Shown: one piece after another, positions 9,167 through 18,395 of the stretch | Position numbering within the stretch: the stretch's first letter is position 1 | How the letters are laid out: each line of letters opens with the position of its first letter | Origin: Escherichia phage vB_EcoM_WFC | Sequence record: NC_048195.1 | Direction: 5' to 3' (one strand) | DNA: 64,000 nt | Translations under genes and position numbers: made by a program | Notes under the pieces: generated by a model | What the model saw: the letters and a program-made list of their open reading frames with translations, nothing else | Databases searched by the model: none | Told to the model about the DNA's origin: nothing

Positions 9167-9343
9167 ATTACCTCCGGTTTTGAGTTAATATGATTATAAC
9201 GCAGAGTCTCAGAAAGGCAAACTTTTTGTGAATTTTAATCAAAAAAATGGCCAGAAAAAATCTGGCCGAAAGATCACCCTTTATCCACTACTAAGCTGGA
9301 ATCATAATTTTACTTGATATAGCTTGTACAAGCAAACTATAAT

Positions 9344-10804
9344 ATGAATAAAATATTAACACATAATTGGAAATTCATGTACCAGTTGAATCCTGCTTTA
9401 AAAGAAGTCTGGAAGACAAAAGCGCGATACAAAGTAATATACGGCGGTCGTGCATCTTCCAAATCGCATGATGCCGCTGGTTTTGCTATTTATTTGGCGG
9501 CAAACTTCAAATTAAAATTCCTTTGCGTTCGACAATTCCAGAACAAGATTTCTGAATCTGTATATACTCTATTAAAAGATAAAATAGAGATTTCTGATTT
9601 TAAAGATGAGTTCAATTTATTAAAGAACTCTATCGAGCATAAAAGAACTAAATCTGAATTTCTATTTTACGGTATCGCACGTAACGTTGATGAAATTAAA
9701 TCAACGGAAGGTGTTGATGTTCTTTGGCTGGAAGAAGCGCACGCACTTACTGAAGAACAGTGGGACATTATTGAGCCGACAATCCGTAAAGAAGGGTCAG
9801 AAATATGGATCATCTTTAACCCTGATGAAGAGGCCGATTTCGTCTACCAAAACTTTGTTATGCGACCGCCGAAGAATGCCATAGTTAAAAAGATAAACTG
9901 GCAAGACAACCCATTCTTGTCGCAAACAATGCTGGATGTTATCGCAGGCATGTACGAGCGCGACCCGAAAAAGGCAGAGCACGTTTATGGCGGCGTGCCG
10001 AAGACTGGCGGCGATAAATCTGTAATCAACCGTGCATTCGTTAAGGCCGCTCTTAATCTCCACAAACACCCTACGCTGGGCTGGAGTTTGTCAGGGTCTA
10101 ACCGTATAGGCTTTGACGTAGCGGACGATGGCGACGACCTTAACGCCACTGCATTCGTCACAGGAAACGTATTGCGCGGCATCAAGACGTGGGAAGGTCT
10201 GGAAGATGAATTGTTGAAATCGGCAAGCGGAGTTTGGAAAGATGCGCTTACATTTGGCGCTTCTATAACTTATGACGCCATCGGTGTCGGCGCTTTTGCT
10301 GGTTCAAAATTTGATGAACTAAACGAGTATGCAATACATGAAAATCCATCATTTCCAAGAATCGAATTTAATGCGTTCAACGCGCAAGGGTCTGTTGATG
10401 ATCCTGATGACGTTTTTCTTGAGCTACCACACGTTGAAATACTCAATAAAGACCATTTCGCAAACATAAAAGCGCAAAAGTGGACTGAAATTGCAGAGAG
10501 ATTCAGAAAGACATACGAATATGCAACTGGGCAAGCCGTATATCCGACTGATGAATTGATTTCAATCGACACCGATGGTATACCGGAACTTGGGATTCCA
10601 GCTTGGACTACTGAAGAGATTGAGACGTTTCTTTTTGAGATGTCAGCGCCGCGCAAAGATACGTCTGTTCTTGGCAAGTTCAAAGTTGAATCTAAAAAGG
10701 ATATGGCAAAGCGTGGAGTCAAATCACCTAACAAAGCGGACGCAGCAATCATGGCATTGATGAAACCAATCGTTGCAGCATCCGGCTTCTTCTCTAACCT
10801 TTAA
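9344..10804 (+). CDS. Terminase large subunit
   Basis: 486 aa; Walker A-like YGGRASSKS, LWLEEAH, IIFNPDEE nuclease-domain-like motifs; precedes portal. Confidence 0.85.
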   Translation: MNKILTHNWKFMYQLNPALKEVWKTKARYKVIYGGRASSKSHDAAGFAIYLAANFKLKFLCVRQFQNKISESVYTLLKDKIEISDFKDEFNLLKNSIEHKRTKSEFLFYGIARNVDEIKSTEGVDVLWLEEAHALTEEQWDIIEPTIRKEGSEIWIIFNPDEEADFVYQNFVMRPPKNAIVKKINWQDNPFLSQTMLDVIAGMYERDPKKAEHVYGGVPKTGGDKSVINRAFVKAALNLHKHPTLGWSLSGSNRIGFDVADDGDDLNATAFVTGNVLRGIKTWEGLEDELLKSASGVWKDALTFGASITYDAIGVGAFAGSKFDELNEYAIHENPSFPRIEFNAFNAQGSVDDPDDVFLELPHVEILNKDHFANIKAQKWTEIAERFRKTYEYATGQAVYPTDELISIDTDGIPELGIPAWTTEEIETFLFEMSAPRKDTSVLGKFKVESKKDMAKRGVKSPNKADAAIMALMKPIVAASGFFSNL

Positions 10805-10807
10805 CAA

Positions 10808-11047
10808 TTAAAGCATTCCGTGCTGAAGGTCTAGTTTTCTTGCAGCAAATGACCTGGCACGGAATCGCTTACCCGCTCTTACTGCCTGCCGAATCTTCTT
10901 TTGCATACACTTACGGTCAAAATCGTTGCGGTCAACGGCTTCGAGCAAATCCCGACGCAAAGCACCTAGTGTCGCCTTTTCGGATAATTCTACGCCCAGC
11001 GCGGCTGCAACGTCTTTCAAAACATCGAGTTCGGTTAACGTTCTCAT
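10808..11047 (-). CDS. Hypothetical small basic protein (79 aa)
   Basis: Antisense to packaging module; 4-nt overlap with upstream ORF. Confidence 0.45.
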   Translation of the reverse strand: MRTLTELDVLKDVAAALGVELSEKATLGALRRDLLEAVDRNDFDRKCMQKKIRQAVRAGKRFRARSFAARKLDLQHGML

Positions 11048-11460
11048 TTGATGATCCCCTTGATGTCTGATTCTGCCATAAAGATTGGAGTGCCGCCGCC
11101 AGGAACAATCGAGCGCGTTACTTTGTCGAACATATCGTTCTCTTCAACTTGAATACGATAAAATTTATTTTTGGATGAAGATGGGCACAATCCAATAAAT
11201 TTACCAATGCCGCGAACGCATTCATCTTCAAAGTATACTGTTTCACCTTGAATGGATTCGATGTTTTCAACCGGATACACCTTGCGACCTAAAAGCCATT
11301 CATCCATGGTCGCCTGCAACACGTTTCGCGCATCCAAAATCCAAGGGTCAACTGTGGCACCTTCATATCGCGCAGCAGTGGCTTTTGCCAGCTCTTCATA
11401 TTCGCATACGTTTACTACTTCGCCTTGATGAAGGACGACAAATACAATTGTTGTGCTCAT
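11044..11460 (-). CDS. Hypothetical protein (138 aa)
   Basis: Antisense ORF between terminase and portal; first gene of a two-gene minus-strand cassette. Confidence 0.5.
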   Translation of the reverse strand: MSTTIVFVVLHQGEVVNVCEYEELAKATAARYEGATVDPWILDARNVLQATMDEWLLGRKVYPVENIESIQGETVYFEDECVRGIGKFIGLCPSSSKNKFYRIQVEENDMFDKVTRSIVPGGGTPIFMAESDIKGIIK

Positions 11461-11555
11461 TTCAATCTCCTTTCGTTTGGTTAACTAAAATATAACTCAA
11501 AATGATACAAAAGCAAAATATTTTATGAACTATTTATGATTACTATACATATCAT

Positions 11556-11584
11556 TTGCTTACAAACACATGAATATTTATAAT
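11556..11584 (+). promoter_or_regulatory. sigma70-like promoter TTGCTT-N17-TATAAT upstream of portal
   Basis: -35 at 11556-11561, -10 at 11579-11584; AGGTGG RBS and ATG 11623 downstream. Confidence 0.4.
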
Positions 11585-11622
11585 ATAGATTGATTCCCTT
11601 TCACTGTCAGGTGGCGTTAACA

Positions 11623-13998
11623 ATGAAAATTCTTGGCATAAAACTCTGGGAGAAGACGCAACCAGAAGCCGAACCAGCGGAGATGCCGCCAGGCGACCCA
11701 TTGGCACCGTTTGAACGCCTGGAAAGGCGCGGCAGCGGTCAACGCTGGGATAAGACCGAAAGCAACCGCCCGACCTTTAAAACCGTTGATGACTTTCCTT
11801 TATATGAGCCTGATATCAACGGGGACGGTGTTGCAATCATCAAAGGTCGCTCAGTAGATTCAGCAACCGTATCCAAAAAAGTTATGGATAATGCTTTGAA
11901 GAACATCAGTTCAGAAGGGCAGGTTAATCCATACACAGTACCTATTCAGTTGCAAAACTGGTACTTATCGCAATCATTTATCGGATATCAAGCTTGCGCC
12001 ATCATCGCGCAGCACTGGCTGGTGAACAAGGCTTGTTCCATGGTAGGCCGCGATGCGGTCCGTAAAGGCTGGGAAGTCAAATCCAGTTCTGAGTCCGAAT
12101 TATCAGTGCAGGCCAGCGAACGCCTAAAGCAAATTGATAAAGAATTTAATATCAAAGAGCACTTAGTTGAAGCCGAACGATTCAAAAATATTTTTGGTAT
12201 CCGCGTCATCATATTTGATGTGCGTAGCGATGACCCAGAATACTACAGTAAACCTTTTAACATTGATGGTGTGACAAAGGGGTCTTATAAGGGGATCATT
12301 CAGGTTGACCCTTATTGGATGATGCCATTTCTGACGTCTGAAAACACCGCCGACCCTGCTTCACAGCACTTTTATGATCCAGAATACTGGGTGATCAGCG
12401 GACAACGTTATCATCGCAGCCACCTCATCATATTGCGCAACGATGAGCCAGCTGATATTCTTAAGCCGACTTACATCTACGGCGGCATTCCTCTAACTCA
12501 GCAGATTTATGAACGCATCTATGCCGCTGAACGTACCGCTAACGAAGCACCATTGTTGGCGATGTCTAAACGTACAACGACACTACGGACCGACGTTGAC
12601 AAGGCGATTGCCAATGAGCGGTCTTTTGCCGAACGCCTGATGATGTGGATTAAGTACCGCGACAACTATGCTGTTAAGGTACTTGGCCAAAAAGAAGAAA
12701 TGGACCAGTTCGACATCAACTTGTCAGACTTCGACAGCATCATCATGAACCAGTACCAGCTGGTGGCCGCAATCGCAAAAGTTCCGTCGACCAAACTGCT
12801 TGGGACTTCGCCAAAAGGCTTTAACGCCACTGGTGAATTTGAGATGGTCAGCTATCACGAAGAGTTGGAAACGTGCCAGCAGCATGACCTGACAAAAATT
12901 CTCGACCGCCATTACAAAATCCTTCTCAAATCAGAAGGGGTGGAAGTCGACGTTAAGGTTGCATGGGAACCAGTTGGCTCACTTACTGCTACTCAACTTG
13001 CAGAAATCAACGACAAGCGAGCTAACACTGGCAAAACTCTCATTGATGCTGGCGTCATTTCTCCTGATGAAGAGCGCGACCGCATCAAAGACGACAAAAA
13101 CAGCGGTTACAACCGTCTGCCGGAAGATGCAGCAGAAGAAACCCCAGGGATGTCTCCAGAGAATATGGCATTGCTTGGCAAGTCTGCTGGTGAAGTCCTG
13201 CAAGGTAAGGCTGATATTGAACAGGCAAAAGCTGATGTCGTTAAGATGGGCGGCCAGTTCTATAGCGAGACTGGTATTATGCCAGAAGGTGCCGCGCGTG
13301 GTGAGTTGGCGGAAAACCCTGACAGAGCACCTGTCGAAATTAACATGGACGATACCGATGATGAATCAAACCATCAGGTTGATGTCCTAACGCAGTTGAA
13401 AGAAGGTCTGGAGGGTATTGCGGATTACTACCTGAAAGAAGGTCAGGATGTGGATTTTGACCCTCAAAAAGATTCACGGTCGGTGCAGCCGTCTACCCTT
13501 CCAAGCGTCAAAGGTAATGTCGTAAACTTACGACACAACGTTGGCGAGATGGACGCAGCATCATTACCTAAGATGAAGTTGCACGGAATGATTCTTGGGA
13601 TTGAGAATCCTCGCAACAGCATCCGTAGAGGAAATAGCCTTGACGGTGAATGGGCAGTCAAGATGCCGCACCACTACGGATTCATCAAAGGCACCAAGGG
13701 CGCGGACGGCGATGAAGTCGACTGCTTTGTTGGCACAAATCTGAAGTCGCCGAAGGTCTTTATCGTGAACCAAAACGATAACTACTCTGGCGAGTTCGAT
13801 GAACACAAGTGCATGCTTGGATTCGATTCAGCAGAAGAAGCAAAAGAAGCTTATCAGGCATCATTTGGTAACGGTTGGAACGGATTCGACTCAATCCACG
13901 AATTAGATGTGAACTCATTCAAAGAGTGGTTGAAGGGTGATTGCTCTCAAGCATACGGAGCACTCAATAATCCTACTAATTCACCGAAGCAAGGTTGA
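11623..13998 (+). CDS. Portal protein with C-terminal extension carrying an inorganic-pyrophosphatase-like motif
   Basis: About 790 aa; position after terminase; C-terminus has HHYGFIKGTKGADGDEVDCFV matching the family I PPase pattern D-[SGDN]-D-[PE]-[LIVMF]-D-[LIVMGAC]. Confidence 0.7.
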   Translation: MKILGIKLWEKTQPEAEPAEMPPGDPLAPFERLERRGSGQRWDKTESNRPTFKTVDDFPLYEPDINGDGVAIIKGRSVDSATVSKKVMDNALKNISSEGQVNPYTVPIQLQNWYLSQSFIGYQACAIIAQHWLVNKACSMVGRDAVRKGWEVKSSSESELSVQASERLKQIDKEFNIKEHLVEAERFKNIFGIRVIIFDVRSDDPEYYSKPFNIDGVTKGSYKGIIQVDPYWMMPFLTSENTADPASQHFYDPEYWVISGQRYHRSHLIILRNDEPADILKPTYIYGGIPLTQQIYERIYAAERTANEAPLLAMSKRTTTLRTDVDKAIANERSFAERLMMWIKYRDNYAVKVLGQKEEMDQFDINLSDFDSIIMNQYQLVAAIAKVPSTKLLGTSPKGFNATGEFEMVSYHEELETCQQHDLTKILDRHYKILLKSEGVEVDVKVAWEPVGSLTATQLAEINDKRANTGKTLIDAGVISPDEERDRIKDDKNSGYNRLPEDAAEETPGMSPENMALLGKSAGEVLQGKADIEQAKADVVKMGGQFYSETGIMPEGAARGELAENPDRAPVEINMDDTDDESNHQVDVLTQLKEGLEGIADYYLKEGQDVDFDPQKDSRSVQPSTLPSVKGNVVNLRHNVGEMDAASLPKMKLHGMILGIENPRNSIRRGNSLDGEWAVKMPHHYGFIKGTKGADGDEVDCFVGTNLKSPKVFIVNQNDNYSGEFDEHKCMLGFDSAEEAKEAYQASFGNGWNGFDSIHELDVNSFKEWLKGDCSQAYGALNNPTNSPKQG

Positions 13999-13999
13999 T

Positions 14000-14851
14000 A
14001 TGGCTTTTAAAGCTTCGAAAAAACGTGAACGCCGCTCACCCGATAGAATCGGGCGCGGCAGTCCGATAATCCCATCAAACGCTATTGCGATGGCCTACCG
14101 TCGTGAGATGAAAGGTCTTTGCTATGCGATGATTGATGACTATCAGGCAGGCATTTCAGAATGGCTTGACAAGAAGCAGGTGCAGAAGTTTTTTGCGCAA
14201 GACTCTGCTGATTCGACATTCCAGACCCTTATGAAACGGCTGCAACTGAAATGGGCAAAGGCGTTTGCACGTGTTGGGTCGAAGATTGCCGCTGATTTTA
14301 TCAAATCGGTCGAAAAGGGTGCCACTTCTGCTACATTCGCAAGCCTTAAGTCCGCAGGCATAGAAGCGCCAAAGGCCACATATAACAAATTCGTTGAGAA
14401 CACTCTTAGAACAAGCGAGAAGTTTAACACGACTCTAGTGACTAAGGTCGGCGAGGATATTCACAACAGAGTGTACGAAGCAGTCATGCTTTCGCTGACT
14501 TCTCCCGACCCAGCCCAGCAAGGCACGTCAGGCATTCAGGCGGCATTGCGAAACGTAAAACACTTCTCTGCAAAGAGAGTCGACTTGATCGCTAAAGACC
14601 AGACAAGCAAATTGTATTGCGTTCTAAGCGATGAAAGGATGCGCCAGAATGGAGTCGAAGAATTTGAGTGGGCGCACTCAGGAGCAGGAAAGGAGCCGCG
14701 AATCTCTCATGAACACGTCGACGGAATGAGATTCAAACTTGATGACAAGCGCCTATGGGAAGTTGGCGGCGAATTGAAGTTCAAAAAGGGTGACATCGGT
14801 CCTCCTGGATGGGCAATACACTGCAAGTGCAGAAAAATACCAATCATTTGA
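14000..14851 (+). CDS. Minor head / head morphogenesis protein (Mu F / SPP1 gp7-like)
   Basis: Follows portal; C-terminal ...EWAHSGAGKEPRISHEHVDGMRF... resembles MuF-like domain; start overlaps portal stop. Confidence 0.6.
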   Translation: MAFKASKKRERRSPDRIGRGSPIIPSNAIAMAYRREMKGLCYAMIDDYQAGISEWLDKKQVQKFFAQDSADSTFQTLMKRLQLKWAKAFARVGSKIAADFIKSVEKGATSATFASLKSAGIEAPKATYNKFVENTLRTSEKFNTTLVTKVGEDIHNRVYEAVMLSLTSPDPAQQGTSGIQAALRNVKHFSAKRVDLIAKDQTSKLYCVLSDERMRQNGVEEFEWAHSGAGKEPRISHEHVDGMRFKLDDKRLWEVGGELKFKKGDIGPPGWAIHCKCRKIPII

Positions 14852-14858
14852 GGTCATT

Positions 14859-15779
14859 ATGACGATACCAATCAGCACGTTTCCTCTATCTGGACAAACG
14901 CCAGTATTGCCTGCTGTATATGCTAACGGTTTGGCGATTGTTTCAGAATTTACATCCGATAAAAACCTGATTGTTCCATTGAGTCCGCCATTGGCGTCTG
15001 GATACAATTCAGTTGGTCAATTCTTTATGATCGGTAATGATGGCGATTCTACCAGCAAGCCGAATCTGACACTTTCAGTTCCCAAAATGAACATAACAGA
15101 CGTGCAGACTGGTTTAACTGCATCTACAATCACCATCGCTTTTGGAGAAGCAGTGATTATAGGAATGGAGTCTGGAGGGTCAAAGAATGCTGTCGCCGTT
15201 AAAGTGGTCAAATCAAGCGGCAACCAATACACGTTACCAGCGGCAACGGCTTCTGTTCTCGGCGGCGTCAAAATAGGAAGCGGAATAAGCGTCGCAGGTG
15301 ACGGTACAATTAGCGTTACTCAATACTCATTGCCGATTGCGTCAGCATCTACTTTAGGCGGCGTAAAGGTCGGTACAACTCTATCAATTGATGGTTCCGG
15401 TGTGCTTAACGCAGCGGAAAGCACCGTCCAGAATGCCACGAACAGTGTTAGCAATCCTCCAACCACTTTGGTTAATCTGGCGACCTTAAACCTTCCTGCA
15501 GGAAAGTGGCTTGTGACGGCAAGTCAGTTGACTGTCGCGACAGCAGGAATTCAAGCGAATACCGGAATTACAGCCAAATTGTCAACAAGCGATTCAGATA
15601 TTACGGATGATGCATTTACGATGTCAGCTGGCATTCGGGCTGCAGGTCGTTTCGGCGGCAATATTCCAACAAAGATAATCACTCTTGCCGCGCCTGGCAA
15701 CGTGTATCTAAACTATCAATGCACAGAGGCGTTGACATCTACCGTTTACGGACAGATCACCGCAATCAAGCTGAACTAA
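14859..15779 (+). CDS. Fiber-repeat protein (possible head fiber/decoration)
   Basis: Internal repeats TASVLGGVKIGSG... and ASTLGGVKVGTT... resembling phage fiber repeats; GAGG RBS. Confidence 0.5.
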   Translation: MTIPISTFPLSGQTPVLPAVYANGLAIVSEFTSDKNLIVPLSPPLASGYNSVGQFFMIGNDGDSTSKPNLTLSVPKMNITDVQTGLTASTITIAFGEAVIIGMESGGSKNAVAVKVVKSSGNQYTLPAATASVLGGVKIGSGISVAGDGTISVTQYSLPIASASTLGGVKVGTTLSIDGSGVLNAAESTVQNATNSVSNPPTTLVNLATLNLPAGKWLVTASQLTVATAGIQANTGITAKLSTSDSDITDDAFTMSAGIRAAGRFGGNIPTKIITLAAPGNVYLNYQCTEALTSTVYGQITAIKLN

Positions 15780-15789
15780 AGAGGAAGTT

Positions 15790-15927
15790 ATGCAAAAGAT
15801 TATTCAGTCACGTTATGTTAAAGTGCGAAATATTAATTGCAACTCTTTGCTTTCTTGGAAATGGGCTGTTTATGACTCAATGCTGATTGGCGTTTTAGTT
15901 GCAGGAGTGCTATTTAATATCCACTGA
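15790..15927 (+). CDS. Small hydrophobic protein (45 aa), not in ORF track
   Basis: ATG 15790 after AGAGGAAG; encodes MQKIIQSRYVKVRNINCNSLLSWKWAVYDSMLIGVLVAGVLFNIH. Confidence 0.25.
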   Translation: MQKIIQSRYVKVRNINCNSLLSWKWAVYDSMLIGVLVAGVLFNIH

Positions 15928-15968
15928 ATTCATCGGCAAAGGATTGCCGCGAGTTTTATACGTATAAT

Positions 15969-16234
15969 GACGTATCATACGTATCAAGTAAGTTATTGTT
16001 TTCAAAAGAATCTTACGGATGATACGGATGATACGCGTTGCCGCCGTACTATATAGGAATTCAAATAAATTAATTTAAAATTATATATCTAATTTAATTT
16101 TATTTTTTTATAAACTCTTATATATGAAAAGTATCCGTATCATCCGTATCATCCGTAGCACACCAGTGATAGCGCGGCTTATACACCGATACGGATAAAA
16201 ATACGCCTCATTTTATCCGTATCATCCGTATCAC
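15969..16234. repeat. Inverted iteron cluster flanking about 100-bp AT-rich core (candidate origin/operator)
   Basis: TACGGATGATACGGATGATACG at 16014-16035; reverse complement at 16136-16157 and 16213-16233; variant at 15969-15985. Confidence 0.6.
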
Positions 16235-16342
16235 ACTAATAAAGGCGCGGCTATATCGGTTGTTATACATATTCAAACCATAATTATTGTTTGCCTAAGT
16301 TTTTTTCATTAGATATAATACACAATACTTATTTGAGGGTGG

Positions 16343-17761
16343 ATGCGAATGCAAACGGCACGCGAAATTGACAAAAATGGATTCTTGACGATTATGGGTT
16401 GTCCAATTTCGTCATTTGGCATTTTTGATTATTCTGCTGGTCAAGTTGGTCTTGATGGTGATCCGAATCGCATCGTAAAAGTCTATCGCCCTGAGTCAGC
16501 GGTGAAAGACCCCGAAGCGATAGATTCATTCAAAAATATCCCTTTCATCGACAATCACGAAATGCTTTCTGGATTTGAAGGTGATGAGGATAACACAGCA
16601 CCCGAAGAGTATGGAGTTGATGGCGTTCTGACTGGCAATGTTTATTATGACAAGCCATGGATGCGCGGCGACCTTAAAGTGTTTAGCCGTCGTCTGAAGA
16701 AGGCCATTGATTCTGGAAAGGTTGACTTGTCTTTGGGCTATGACTGTGAATTCATCATACAGTCTGGAGAGTTTGACGGGCAGCCGTATGAAGTGGTGCA
16801 GACAACTCTTCGCGGCAACCACATTGCTCTCGTGGACGTTGGTCGAGTACCAGGTGCACGGGTGCTGGATGGTCGTTGCTTTGACCATCTTTGTTTGACG
16901 ACTGTAACACCATCCAACGAGGATTTAGACATGCCAAAACCGTTAAAAGGTAAAGCGCGTGATAATGCTGTTGAACAGCTGAAATCACTGATCCCTGCGC
17001 TCGAACAATTTCTGAACGAAGAGAGTACTGAAGCTGCTCATCAGGATGAAGTTGAAGTGAAAGCAGAAGAGAAGGACTCAACCGAAAATCGTGAAGAAGT
17101 AATGGTTGATCCAGAAGTCAAGGCAGAAGCAGAAGAAACCCCAGAAGGTGAAGAGAAGTTTGAAGTTGAAACTGAATCTCACGCTGGCGGCGAACTTCCG
17201 CAATTGATCAGCCAAATCGAAGCACTTATTGCAAAACTGAAAGGTGGCGCGGTAGGTGATGAAGAAGAAGTTGAAGCCGAAGTCAAAGACGAAGAAGTTG
17301 AAGTCAAGGCTGAAGATGTATCACCTTGCGACAAAGCTGAAGATGTGGTTAGCGGCCTGCAAAACAGCAACGTAAAGGGGGCTTCGGTCGAAAAAGATGA
17401 CAAACCGACAAAAGCGGCGAAAGCGTCGCCAGGTCCAGCAAAAGGGGAACACTCAATGGCATCTGATTCAGCAGTTGCTGCTTTCTACGCTGATTCTGCT
17501 CGTAAGAATAGCCTCTACCAGCGCCTGTCTAAAGTTGTTGGTGCCTTTGATCATGCAACTATGGACTCCAAGTCCGTAGCGAAATATGGCGCTAAAAAGT
17601 TAGGCTTGAAGTGCGTTGATGGTGCTGAGTTTGACGTGGTGGATAATTATCTGCGCGGCGTTGAGCACGGTCAGAAACAGCGTGTAGTCGCAAAACAAAA
17701 GGCCGCTGCGGATTCTGCAGCAACTGACGAAGCATTTGAAGCTTGGTTGAAAGGGGAATAA
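16343..17761 (+). CDS. Prohead protease/scaffolding protein (putative)
   Basis: 472 aa; conserved N-terminal domain then highly acidic E/K-rich central region typical of scaffolds; directly upstream of capsid gene. Confidence 0.5.
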   Translation: MRMQTAREIDKNGFLTIMGCPISSFGIFDYSAGQVGLDGDPNRIVKVYRPESAVKDPEAIDSFKNIPFIDNHEMLSGFEGDEDNTAPEEYGVDGVLTGNVYYDKPWMRGDLKVFSRRLKKAIDSGKVDLSLGYDCEFIIQSGEFDGQPYEVVQTTLRGNHIALVDVGRVPGARVLDGRCFDHLCLTTVTPSNEDLDMPKPLKGKARDNAVEQLKSLIPALEQFLNEESTEAAHQDEVEVKAEEKDSTENREEVMVDPEVKAEAEETPEGEEKFEVETESHAGGELPQLISQIEALIAKLKGGAVGDEEEVEAEVKDEEVEVKAEDVSPCDKAEDVVSGLQNSNVKGASVEKDDKPTKAAKASPGPAKGEHSMASDSAVAAFYADSARKNSLYQRLSKVVGAFDHATMDSKSVAKYGAKKLGLKCVDGAEFDVVDNYLRGVEHGQKQRVVAKQKAAADSAATDEAFEAWLKGE

Positions 17762-17763
17762 AC

Positions 17764-18381
17764 ATGACTTTCCAAACTAGTGTAGGCCGTCAATATACAA
17801 CTGGCTTTCCTGGCGACATCGTTCGCGACGGCCCACAGCGTGGGAAGCCAGGCCGAATCGTTAGCGCCAACGACGGTGCAAACGTAAACGCCATCAGCCG
17901 TGTGTTTGGTTTTAAAGCCGACGTATCATTAATGGGTACTGGCCAAACCAAAACCTTGGGCGCGCAGGACTTTGAAGTTGAACTGGGCGGCACCAATTAC
18001 TATGGCATCCTTGGCAACAGCAAGCGTTACGCTCTGTATGGCAACTCTACTGGTCCTTTGGGTGCCAGCATGGTTCTGCCTCAATATAGCGAAGGCGAGT
18101 TCTATGATATGTGCACGGGCCTCGTAGTTGAAGTATTCAACCCAAGCACCAGTCCGCAGACGCTGAACTACGGCGACCTGCTCGCTTATGTACCTAAAGG
18201 CATTTCCAGCGGTAACAACCCGAACAACTTGCCTATCGGTGCAATTATCGCCTATACTGGCTCACTGCCAACTGGCATGGTTGCCATTCCAGGCGGTATC
18301 GTGATTGACCCGACTGCTATTGCCCTTTCCGGCCCAAGCGTCCAGTCTTCCACTTATACCATTGTACAATTGACTCGTTAA
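17764..18381 (+). CDS. Head protein (possible decoration protein)
   Basis: ATG 17764 overlapping upstream stop; between scaffold and capsid genes. Confidence 0.4.
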   Translation: MTFQTSVGRQYTTGFPGDIVRDGPQRGKPGRIVSANDGANVNAISRVFGFKADVSLMGTGQTKTLGAQDFEVELGGTNYYGILGNSKRYALYGNSTGPLGASMVLPQYSEGEFYDMCTGLVVEVFNPSTSPQTLNYGDLLAYVPKGISSGNNPNNLPIGAIIAYTGSLPTGMVAIPGGIVIDPTAIALSGPSVQSSTYTIVQLTR

Positions 18382-18395
18382 TAGGCAGGTGAATA

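Noticed and set aside
9314-9343. TTGATA-N18-TATAAT promoter-like sequence upstream of terminase
   Set aside because: The -10 abuts the annotated start codon so transcription would begin inside the ORF; only plausible if the terminase starts at a downstream Met.
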